This document shows positions 50,101 through 60,767 of a stretch of 64,000 nucleotides of DNA, one piece after another (the stretch's first letter is position 1; the number at the start of each line of letters is the position of its first letter). The DNA is from Laetmonice hystrix (taxonomy: Eukaryota). The stretch is taken from NCBI GenBank assembly GCA_965235115.1, contig OZ249445.1, forward strand, positions 9,548,001 through 9,612,000, given 5' to 3'. The position numbers and the translations under genes are program-made. Under the pieces are notes generated by a model, which saw only the letters and a list, made by a program, of their open reading frames with translations, did not search any database and was not told the DNA's origin.

Positions 50101-53100
50101 GGCATCCGGCCCCTCCCCTCCCTCCCCTCCCGCCCACTCACCATACCGACCAACTGCTGGCATTATCAGACAGCATTTCTAGGCTGATGGCCCAGATATC
50201 ACAGCCACCTCAATACAATCTGTCTTCACCGATACCAACAGATCTCTAAATACTCTCACACTAATAACAAATTAAATGATAAACTCTTGATCGATCTACT
50301 TATGCACATCCCCTGACAAATAAAATCAATCTTTTAGCAGGGCACACACGCTATGCCTTCAAACTAATTATCAAACACTGGCCAGTTTAAAGTAAAAGAG
50401 ACAAAAATCTAAATTACTTAATTACTCTATAGTGAGAACTGCACACGCAAGTGCTTTCTTCAAAACAAGTATTGAACTAGCCACAAATTCAATAGGTTGA
50501 CCTACAACAACTGATATTATTGTGGATGTATTCCACAGTCCATCCTCTCTAAAGGCAGTCTTAATTGTGCAGTACAAATGTCTTAATCAGTTACAATCTG
50601 AGTCCATGAATGCAAACGAGAGACTATCGATAGTGATTCTGAACAAGATAAACTTATGGCTGTATGTTAAACACCACCATATTCTGACAAATCTGTCGAT
50701 ATTATAGAGCAGGCAATAATCTGACTGTTATTCAACAGTAACGTTTTACTGCCGCATGACATCCGGCATGCCATGATACACACACCTGGCCTCCACCTGA
50801 CGGCATGATGGCACGTTACGGTTACAATACTTGAATCTTTCAAATCTTATCACTAGTCACTACCTACTCATTCCATGGCTGTCATCCCAAAGAAAAGCAA
50901 AGACCTCTATCAATGAGTGTTGATAACATTACTTCTCCGCCCTCTACAAACCAGAAATACTGTCAATCTGACAGGTCACAGTTTGCATGTTCAAATAACA
51001 TGACACTGACGGTCCCAAACGGAAAGGTATGGGCATACCCGGTACTTCTCTTTGAACTTATTGGGTTCACGCCCAACACCTCAGGCAGAACCGTGCCTAC
51101 CGTGAGTGTGGTGCACTAACCACGACAGCCTGCCGGCTAACTGGTCTTCAGAACACGCATTCCTAGAAATTTCTAAAACATTATACTGTCCCCAAATGTG
51201 TTCCTTTGGTTACTATGATCCGCTGTATGTGCCGGGGTGCGTTCATGTGTGTCGGGATGCGGGTAAAAAACCTTTACAGCTGTGTGTCACACACGCACAC
51301 ACACCTTGTGTCACACACCTTAATGTGTCACACACCTTGTGTCCCTGTCCGGAGGGGGTTATACAATATGAATCGCGTGGCATTGACCTAACTACCTCAC
51401 GTTTGTGTCAGTCCACTGCAAGCTCCCTGAGAATAGAGCATGACCTGAGACTGAGTTATCAACGTCCCCACGTCTCTCCCAAACAACCGGAACTTCAATC
51501 CATCAACTGTTCACATTCAGTACTCTTCCAGACTTGTTACTGCTCGCGGTAGCCTGGAGTGTATTACCCACTATGTGTGTTCACCTGCCCACAGTGAGAT
51601 CGTGCCAGTACAAGCGGGCCCACGGACACGGTCACTGCCAGTATCATAACGCTACCGGACATACAGGTGTTAATTGACCAGCTGGACAGATGGTATTCTG
51701 AGATGGCGTGGGACGTACCCCCCCCCCCCTCCCCCACCTCCATTACGTCACTGCTGCTGACGTAGGGCCGCCACCACTCTGAATGATTTAGCGTACGGGT
51801 TCATCAATGATGAACGCCATATTATCATCATTAATGACACAACTTTGTCCTTATCAATACTCTTCATATCAATTAGTACGGCTCATTACAGCTGTTATCA
51901 TTTACGAAATCAAAATTAAAAAGGACCTGACCAAAAGATAAACTTTAGCGACAACGTGAAATAAATAAGCATATGATGTTCCACTGATTTACTTTGTAAA
52001 TTGTACAGACACTGTAGAATGTTCGGTCAGTTTCGGTGGGTTCTCCAAATTACAGGTTCCATACAGAGGAGCGGGCTCCACACATCCACGCGTCATGACC
52101 ACTGGAGCCGTCCGCTCCACTCTCCTATCTGAGCGTAGATCAAGCCACTCAGGGTGCCGGTCGGCACGGCAGTCAGGCTCAGACATCGCGGCCTGCGACA
52201 GGAGCCCAGGTCCTTGGGAGGTAGGTAGCTGTGAATGATGTGATCCAGACCATCATCACCTCAACTGTGGACGGCTAGTACCGCCAGCCAGGCGGCCGGC
52301 CACCGGGCCTCCTGCCCTGTCTGTACAATACCACTTCATGACCCTGCTTGATGGACGACCTGCCGGACAGCCACCTTACCGACCTGCCGGACGGCCACCT
52401 TACCGACCTGCCGGACGGCCACCTTACCGACCTGCCGGACGGCCACCTTACCGACCTGCCGCACGGCCAGCCATGACGCTATACACCTTCGGGATGGCTC
52501 CTCCTCTACCATCAACCCTTTACCAAATACTAGCGAGTGTTTTCATTACTGGTTAGATCAGGGTAAGATTTAGAGTTATTGTGCCAGTCAGGTTACTGGG
52601 ATAAGTCCCGGCTCATGGTACTCAATGACTCACTCAATGGGGCGGCATTCGGACAAAAGGCCTTCAATTTAACCTAGATAGGAAGATTTCGTGCTGAATG
52701 TTCCCAGATCATAGTCAGTTCCCGATGCACTTCTGACATCCTTAGTCATAACAAATGGAGCAGTCTTATTTACCAGGTCGCTGTCATTGTCAAACAGCCG
52801 TCAACAACACCAAAGTTCCTGTCATTTCTCCTTGTGCTATTATTTCTCAGAGACAATCAGAATTTAAAGTAGAAATATTTTTCATCATTGATTTCTTGGC
52901 GGTGTTCATTTCTGGCTTACAGTGTTACACATGTGGAGAACTGGGCCAACAAAACCTCAGGATCCCTGTCGGGTGTTAGGGTTATGGCTGCACTCCCGGC
53001 CTGCATAATGTCAACCCACCAGGCAGGCAGTCAGTCGGAGACTGGGTGGGGGCCACCTTGACAGTCTGAACTGACCAACGTGGCTTCAGTTTGACAACCC

Positions 53101-56100
53101 AGACCTCATACTGCAGGCTGAGCCAACACAATTACTTACACGTCTCTGTACAACAGAGAGCGACCGCTTCGACCCTCTGACCTCCAACCTCGGGCTGACT
53201 AAGGTCATTAGGCTTGATCCTCGGCCAACATGAAGGTTAGAAACTCTTGAACCAAAATCATCATAAATAACAGTTAAACGGAATTCTTTACTTCGGAGAT
53301 TCATAGGGTAATCCTCAAGGGTCAATGGCAAATCTGAATGGTAAAAGAAAATTAAGAGCCAGCATCTTTTTATAGCTATCCTTGAGCAATGACTGCAAAA
53401 ACAACGTACACATTATGACACGAGTTTTTAAAAACCCCGTCAAAGGGCAATAAACTGAGAGAGTCTCTCTTGCTAAGCTTCAACCATGTGCAAAACGTGT
53501 GTAAACAGAGAAATAACTGTCTTTTTTCAGCTTTTGTGGAAACATGCCATGTTGTGGCGAAAAAACTATTTTGCACTGCGATTTCATCAACATTTTGGCA
53601 ACGAAGTACAAATGAAGTACAACAAACCGAACCTTTTGTGATTACAATCAGCACGTATGAAGGTAAAAAAATCACTTCTTAACGAATATCATACACGGAT
53701 ACACGGTTAGTTTCAAAGCCCGCAAATACCGCTCATATTCACAAGCCAAAATAATGAAATATTACGGAAATTTCGTTAAAATCGAGGACCAGTATGATCC
53801 CTACAGAAAACATTCTACAAAGGGAAGAAAAATGTAAAGGTTCCTTTCGTTACACCAGAAAATCTTTACATTGACCGACTCAATGCTGTGAGATGAACAG
53901 CCGGACACGACGCCTACCAGTAATGGTTTCCAAGCCTGACAGGTTGATATATGACCACCTGCATGTCCATCTGCCCAGCGTGGGCGGTATCATCGATAGG
54001 CTCGCTTCGGGTCAGCCCCAGAGTCCGGGATTATCCTGAACCATAGCTGTGCAATTATCCTTCTTTAATCCTATTCTCGACCGCTTTAATCACCTAGGCT
54101 TTTGGTCAATGACAGTAGGGACGGTCACGTGCCACCAGCCCCTGTTCCCTATGGTCGAGCGGGGGGGGGGGGGGGGATTTTCGACTACCATCGTGGTAAC
54201 TACATGTATTAAATACGAAAGAGACACATCACGTCAATGGGTCCTGATGAGCCAGATACGATGCTAGACTTGACTCAAGGTAAGTAAGTAAACCCACCAC
54301 CGCAGTCAATTCATTCCGAGCCTGTCACTGTCAGCACCAGGTCTACAGCAGCTGTAGAACTCACTTAGAACAAAATGAAACAATCATTATTATGGCCATT
54401 TAGTACTTGATGTAGCTAATGGCTAGAGAACATGTTTTGGGTGTTGACTCGTCCTCTTCAATAAATTCTAGTTCTAAACGTTGCGCATTGATGCAATGTG
54501 TCTTGCTTCTGGGCATCTGTACGCAGGGGGAAATATCACTTCCCGAAAAAAAACTTTGCAAGGTTGGCGATCAACGATAAGCTTTGTACAGTGTAGCCCA
54601 GTCAATGGCGCCACTAGGCTGGGAGCCAGTCAGCCAATACCCCACCACCTGGCCCCGCCAGATTACAAACACCACCCTCACTGCGGCACGTCGACCAACA
54701 AACCTGGCCAACAAACCTCAGCCTCTACCGACCGCCACCTGGGGGCGCATCACTCGCACATCCGGGATACACCTGATGATCCCACTTGCCCGTTCATTCA
54801 TCCCAGCATGTACAGCACACGCTCAAAAGAGCAAATTTCTTTGTTCTCTTTCGTAAACCTTTCGTATTTACGGCTAAAATCTCTTCCTCTTCTCAATATG
54901 GTAAGAATTTAGCAGTACAAATTAACTTAGTACTTGTGATACATAATGGACCTAAAATTGACTTTAGTATATTACATTTACAGCAAAAACCCACCGAATT
55001 GTTTTATCTTCTTACTGTATTCTTCCCGTAAAAATGGTTCTCTTAAAAACAGAATGTCCCCCCTGCTGGCTATGTGTACACGGCGGGGCCCGCAGTGTGA
55101 CCATGTGTCATCAACTCTTACATCCACAAAACATCACTTCTTCTCATGGTTACCTTCATGTACCTCACCCCACACCCTCCCGTCTCCTGCCAGCTCGTTC
55201 AACCGCACACGACGATAACAAAAACTCATCGTTTCTTGTAATATTCGCTAAAGGTTACATCAGCGTGTGTCGGTAGTAGGAATACAACTTGGACACGGCA
55301 AGCCAGCCAGATTGTACCGACTTCATATCCACCATAATATCGGCTACTCGCTTCGACAAGCCACTTTTCGGATAATCAGCAGTGGCAAACTAATCTGCTG
55401 GCACTGCCTGGAAGGTATGCACTATCTAACTCCGGTCTGGGGAATAGCACTCAGAAATAAGGCAAGTACAACCTTATAATGTATATAATCCCCTGAGATT
55501 GTCGGTTCCCGGTAAACAGGCCTTGGTAAGGATTCCACGATGGATGGAATGTACAAGTGAAGTAATAACATAATACATATCCCCTGGTTTACCTTTCTGT
55601 GCAGCCCAATCACACAAATACTCCTACCTTATCCATCTTCAACAATTATCTTCAGTGAAACAAAGTGAAGGATATTTTGTCCTGACAACATTCATTAAAT
55701 CGAGAGATTTCTTCTGAAAACGTTTGAAACATTACGTGCCATCCACCGAATGTAACGATATAGGATGCTAACGCTCAATCATAACTTCGTCAATCCATCA
55801 TACAAAATGCCAGATCATCAATAAAACACTAATTGTGCCAACCATTCTTGTACCTCCCTCCCTGTACCTAATTTCAGCCAGCCCTCTAATGACTTGTAAC
55901 TACCACAGTCTCCTGGCCTGAAGAACAGCAGACATTACCAGACTGCACAAATGTTTCCGAGTTGGGATGACACAGCTGTGAAATCGTTCGGCGGCCGCCA
56001 CCGCCAGACTGTCCCACAGTTTGTCCTTGTCGAGGTAAACCCCGCTGGTTGGACTCACCTGAGTCTGTCCACCAAACCACTAACTGACCACCAGACACAC

Positions 56101-59100
56101 ACCGCCTCGGGACCCACCAACCGACTGCTCCGGACACCCGCCGAGACTCGACTGATCGGACACCCGATTGACCACTGACTACAACCTCGACTGGACCCCC
56201 TCCGACACTTCCTTCTTTCTCACATAACAGATGGCCAAGGGTGACCACATCTGCTGCACGCACATAGACCTGGTCATGACTCGGAGATCACAGACCTTGC
56301 TGTTCCCGGCACACACCTAGCATGGCATGTCTTAAGTCTAACTGTCCGACCGGGGGATTAAGACATTAAAACGGAATTCCAATCCCATAAGTATGCGTTA
56401 ATGAATCACAAATTAATTTTTCTTTTCACATGAAATCATCAACTCGCTAACACTGAACACTCAACTGGACCTCAATTCTTGTCATGCACGCTGAAGTTCT
56501 GTTCATGAGTTAATTGGACATCAAAATCTCAAACCCAAGACTTTGCGATACCCTAAAAATTAACTCTGGATTATCAATACTAAACTGGAGGCCGCATTAT
56601 ACTCTTCTTTTTAATATGTAAACTTTCGGAAATTTTATTCCCTAACTTTTTTTCTACATGGCCCAAATGTTACGTTAAAAAAGAATACTCTTGACTTTTG
56701 TACTTGATATGGCTGAAGAGTCGGGCAGGAGTACAATACAAGGTTTAAATCACAGACTCTCTTGCTGTCAGACCCAAGCTGTGCATGAGCCCTTGGTTAC
56801 CTGGTCACCAGTGCAGCAGATGCTGCACCATTGGCTGGAATTCATCCCCACTTCTCCCGGCCCCCGCCCCATCACTATATAGGCCAAAGTTCAGGGGCCA
56901 GCGGTCAAGGTTAGCCCGTGTCAGCTTTTCAGTATGTTTCTGGGTCGAAGTTCAGCGGTAACTACCTATGGTATAAGAGGCTTGTACACCAGTTCCAAGG
57001 GTTGGGAGTGTGAGGGGCGACTGCGGCGGGTAACCAGCTGAGGGCCCTGATAAATACAACGTATCATAGCAACGCGCCCTGATATCCTATCTGGGCATGT
57101 GTATCAGACAGGGAGAGAGCACTCCAACCCCACTTGGCGCAATGACAATCTCTCAGGGCCCTCCCACCCCCTCCAGAGTGCAAGTACAAACTTCTCTAGA
57201 TCTCTTGCCCACGACCTTCAGGTGACCTGGGAGCCCTTTCTAGTTCATGTTGAGTCCAAAAAACGATTAGTTGAGGCCTTCCAAAACATGGGCAAAACTA
57301 GGTTTTATTGGTAAGAAGCTATCAATTTGTCCGGCCTGAGATGGGTTTAGCTGGGTATATTGGGTGGGATAGGGGTGGGTCACATTTCATCAGTGTACAA
57401 CGTCTTCTCATGACAGGAGACATGAGGGTTAGCCCGCCCACACCTCACCCCAATCTCCACCCTAACCCGACATGTCCCTACACTAGGGGTCATCATGATT
57501 AGGTCCACCTCCTGGTGGGGGACAGCCTCACCTACGTCACATAGCGCCGCCACGTGGTTCACCTCAGGTCATCACAAACATTTCCTCATCTCCACCACGC
57601 CTACCGTCATCCACTCTCAGCAATTCCAGGTTTCCTGGTTCAAATACAAGCTGCTTGTATTGGGTTCCTCATGATCGGCTCTTCAATGAAAAGTGGCCGC
57701 CTTCTTAGGTAAAGTACTCCTAAGCAGTCCATGATCTAAGAACCATATGCCGGTCCATCCTACCGTGCACAACTCGATGACTTCCCTTCATAACTCAGAC
57801 CTCAGGTAAGGGACCCATCACACCAGCTGGTAGAAACTTGGCGAAAAAAACGTCTACAAAAACCAGGTTGGCCATAAGGGCACGGCCGTCGGCAGGTTGT
57901 GGGAAATACCATCCTGACTGACTGACCTGACGGTACTCAGTAGTTGGGAGTATTACCATATGGTATTACTCAGAATTACTCTACCTGTCGATTGAACCTC
58001 GCATCCTAACAATTACATTAAGTACCGGTTTTTGTATATTTTCACTATTTCTGATCTTTACTGATAATTGGTTTGCATCTCTCAATTCCTGTTCAATCTC
58101 TACAGTGGCCAGCAATATGGTTTGATAAAGTCTGGAACATGTTTGAGAGCTTACCACGGTGTAGCGGCTGGTAGTTTAAATACGACCAGGCTACACGCCT
58201 CCTTTGGTATCTTTGACCATTTAAACGTGTCTGATGTAGCCTTGAATTCGAGTTTTGGCTTGAGCTTTGAGATTATCACGAGGGGTAAGGAACATAAAAG
58301 GCCATAATCAATGTAAAAAGACTATAATTGATTTTCATGTTCGAAATTAGATTTTTGTATAGAGAGCTCTTCCTTATGCTTTCCGTAACTGCAATTTGCG
58401 TCAGAAATGTCTATATTATAGCTTGTATACTGATTCTCCTGTAGAATCCTCATTTCAATATGAACGGAATAATATTACCCTAATCTAAACTTCATGGCGT
58501 CATTTTAAAGCAGCACATTGGAGAAATGACCCTGTAGACCTTATGACAAACAGCCATGAAATTTGCAGCTTTCAGTCTGGAAATTGCTGACAGTAGTACA
58601 GGGCACCCTGCGACAATACTGCAGCAACACCAATGAGGGGAGAAATTCACACTGGATCAGATCACCTCCGTGCAACAGCGGCAGCCGCTGATTCTATTCT
58701 GTTGCTATGGCAATGCAGGTGTCTCCTCCACTGTCTTCTTCATCAGCAGCACTATCTCGATCCAGCTGCTAGCATGAGAAAATATCCCATAAATTTCCTA
58801 CTGTCTACAGCACTGTGCCAAAACAGCCAAGTGCCAACCCTACCTACCTGAGAATGCCTAGGTATTAGCAATATTTTACTGGCGTTCAAATACTTCTTAA
58901 AATACGGATTCATTGAGCACTTTAAATAAACAATATTAATTACCTTGCTTACTTCACCGTACATCACGATGACTCATTTTTGTTGCACACTGCTGTTTTA
59001 TGTATGCAAACCAGGAGACTCAATACATCAATCAATGTTTCCTGTCATACAAGACGATGACTTAGCATCCCATGTTTCTGAGACTCCTGAGTTTAAAATT

Positions 59101-59376
59101 AGAGAATCCCCTAGTTTTCTGGAAATATTCCGGGCCTGAACTCAGGAAATCTTGGCTGCCACTGGTGCAGCCCGAGTTTCAGAATAATTGTAAACCTTGA
59201 GAAGTAAATATTTTGATGGTTATGTTGGAGATTCATGACGTACCTTGGATTATGTGGGGGACCACTCTGGCTGACGACTTCAATTCGGACTTCCATGCCA
59301 CGTTTCTGTCCGTATTCATTGAGTGCACTGACTGGGTTCTTATCACCATTCATGATGGCTGCCAAGGGCGCAGAAC
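34876..59376 (-). CDS. ADAR: Double-stranded RNA-specific adenosine deaminase, ADAR1 type (5'-partial, 15 exons, 4 dsRBDs + deaminase domain)
   Basis: Hand-spliced exons, all GT-AG with consistent phases: 59244-59376, 48831-48978, 48229-48446, 45732-45876, 45213-45400, 44539-44686, 42149-42336, 41825-41972, 41464-41650, 41184-41277, 40887-41048, 40574-40677, 40141-40323, 39716-39956, 34876-35104 (2516 nt plus 1 nt from an upstream exon). Catalytic motifs DSHAE, APCGD, MSCSDK and EAGEGT are present. ADAR1-like signatures: [34 protein letters not shown]. Confidence 0.95.
35938..35951 (-). promoter_or_regulatory. CTCF-like motif in the last ADAR intron
   Basis: Minus strand CCACTAGGTGGCAG matches the consensus; sequence match only. 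Confidence 0.4.
39716..39956 (-). CDS. ADAR: ADAR exon ([16 protein letters not shown]...VNHPRLGRV...SINWVLND...)
   Basis: gtgtttggcag acceptor, GGCAG|gtaagt donor, phase 1 to 2. Confidence 0.95.
40141..40323 (-). CDS. ADAR: ADAR exon (GEGTIP...[39 protein letters not shown])
   Basis: cactctccag acceptor, CTTG|gtaaga donor; base-flipping Glu and the SCSDK zinc ligand. Confidence 0.95.
40574..40677 (-). CDS. ADAR: ADAR exon ([35 protein letters not shown])
   Basis: gtgatatag acceptor, GCTG|gtgagt donor; LRTK motif of the 5' binding loop. Confidence 0.92.
40887..41048 (-). CDS. ADAR: ADAR exon (FLYQNLQ...[18 protein letters not shown])
   Basis: tctttcacag acceptor, CCAAG|gtagga donor; zinc-ligand Cys in PCGD. 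Confidence 0.95.
41184..41277 (-). CDS. ADAR: ADAR exon with catalytic HAE motif ([32 protein letters not shown])
   Basis: gtttcacag acceptor, CTCAG|gtaggt donor; zinc-ligand His and catalytic Glu. Confidence 0.95.
41464..41650 (-). CDS. ADAR: ADAR exon: start of deaminase domain ([16 protein letters not shown]...[11 protein letters not shown]...ISLGTG)
   Basis: actgtttcag acceptor, ACAG|gtaata donor; aligns with the ADAR1 deaminase N-terminus as I recall it. Confidence 0.92.
41825..41972 (-). CDS. ADAR: ADAR exon: dsRBD4 C-half ([35 protein letters not shown]...)
   Basis: cctggacag acceptor, CAG|gtcagc donor, phase 2 to 0. Confidence 0.9.
42149..42336 (-). CDS. ADAR: ADAR exon: linker + dsRBD4 N-half (…[35 protein letters not shown])
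   Basis: tgtcttacag acceptor, CCTAG|gtaagt donor, phase 0 to 2. Confidence 0.9.
44539..44686 (-). CDS. ADAR: ADAR exon: dsRBD3 C-half ([35 protein letters not shown]...)
   Basis: gtttttctag acceptor, AAC|gtaagt donor, phase 2 to 0. Confidence 0.9.
45213..45400 (-). CDS. ADAR: ADAR exon: linker + dsRBD3 N-half (…[35 protein letters not shown])
   Basis: tgtgtttgtag acceptor, CCAAG|gtgagt donor, phase 0 to 2. Confidence 0.9.
45732..45876 (-). CDS. ADAR: ADAR exon: dsRBD2 C-half ([35 protein letters not shown]...)
   Basis: gtatttccag acceptor, TCA|gtaagt donor, phase 2 to 0. Not in the ORF track; read manually. Confidence 0.9.
48229..48446 (-). CDS. ADAR: ADAR exon: linker + dsRBD2 N-half (…[35 protein letters not shown])
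   Basis: tttttggcag acceptor, CCTAG|gtacgc donor, phase 0 to 2. Confidence 0.9.
48831..48978 (-). CDS. ADAR: ADAR exon: dsRBD1 C-half ([35 protein letters not shown]...)
   Basis: tttattcag acceptor, ACG|gtaggc donor (best phase-0 candidate), KKxGR motif. Confidence 0.88.
48990..49274. repeat. 49-bp minisatellite, 6 copies, abutting an ADAR splice acceptor
   Basis: GCTCAGTATC recurs at 49002, 49051, 49100, 49149, 49198 and 49247. Confidence 0.95.
52357..52469. repeat. 24-bp minisatellite, about 4.7 copies, in the 10-kb ADAR intron
   Basis: Unit GACCTGCCGGACGGCCACCTTACC. Confidence 0.9.
59244..59376 (-). CDS. ADAR: ADAR exon: dsRBD1 N-half ([45 protein letters not shown])
   Basis: ccccttacag acceptor, CCAAG|gtacgt donor, phase 1 to 2; dsRBD alpha1 motif [10 protein letters not shown]. 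Confidence 0.9.
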
Positions 59377-59584
59377 CTGTAAGGGGTAGAAACATCAGTG
59401 GTAAGTATTTACAGGAATTTTAGCCATCTGTTTGCCAGCTGTTACGCATGTATTATATCAAAACAATCCTTTTAACGTAACCCTTTGGTGTTATACTATA
59501 ACCCTGACCAATACCGGCTCAGATGAGTTTTGAGAAAACCCCAGCAGCATAACAGAACACTTGATTGAGGTTTGCCTGACTGAT

Positions 59585-59598
59585 CCACCAGATGGCAG
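59585..59598 (+). promoter_or_regulatory. CTCF-like motif
   Basis: CCACCAGATGGCAG matches the consensus; sequence match only. Confidence 0.4.
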
Positions 59599-60696
59599 AC
59601 GTGTCGTTGTCTCCCACCGTTTCATGTCATAACAGTTGAAACATTTTAGATTTTCCACAACATTCCAAGACCAGCATACTTGGTTCAGTACCTCATGGTG
59701 ACAACCTATTTAAATTCTGCTAACCAACAGTCACACACCGTCCCAGTGGGCTCGTCTTTTTCAGAACCAATTAATTTTCTAATTTGTCATTGTTTTATTG
59801 ATCAGGCCAAGCCCTGTTTCTCTGCAACTGTGCTGACGCAGTTTTCCTTAATAAATGTAGTAGCGCAGGGCCGGGTCTTGTCACATCTTATCCAACCTTT
59901 ACAAGCCTATCCATTCCTTTACAAGTCTAAATCCTCCAGTACGTTGACCTCATTTCCTCATACAGTCTGCATTACACACCACCTGAGAACGCCTAGGTTG
60001 GGAGAATCAGTCCAAGTGACATAAGCAGCGTACTTCCTACATGAATTACTAGTACCCCATAGTTCACTAAGGCCTCCATCTGTGCTGACTGACTACCACA
60101 GCACCAATCAAATAACTAAATATACATAATGTTTAGGGTTCCTTCCATTCCCTGCCTCCCAGCTTCCCTCCCTCCCTCCCTCCCTCCCACAGTGCCTCCA
60201 CGAACGTGTGGCCTTAATATTGAACGGCCTGTGCGAGCCTTGCTAGCCGACCCCTACCAAATGGACTAATTTCCCATGGCACAGTACGCAGGTTGAATGC
60301 AGGCCCCGATAGAATACCCCTACCCGCTATGGTGCACTGAGAGGCTTGCCTCCATCACTGCTGCCAGCGGCGGGGCTAGCCAACCTCTCCCCACATGGCC
60401 TGGGCCTGGCGATGGCCTGAGCCTGAGCCTGGCCTGGTCGAGAATCTCAAATAGTAGTGACCCCTGCTACCAACCAGAGCTTGGACACAGGCATTCATCA
60501 TGTCAGCGATTAGCCTGCCCGTGGCTAGCTGTCGCCATCATCCCAAGGAGTCTACCTTCATTGTGCACGCTGGGCCCTTGACGAGCCATCACAGCATTAA
60601 CATGTCTGTAACCTCCTGCAAGACAGGAGCAGATATGTAGCTGGGCTGGCAACGGCAGCAGTGGCAGCCAACAGCTGCAGCCCAGCCAGCAATGAC

Positions 60697-60698
<2 letters not shown>

Positions 60699-60764
<66 letters not shown>
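60699..60764. repeat. Pure (CAG)22 microsatellite, read as (CTG)22 on the ADAR sense strand
   Basis: 66 nt of uninterrupted CAG with degenerate GCA/GCC flanks. Confidence 0.95.
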
Positions 60765-60767
<3 letters not shown>

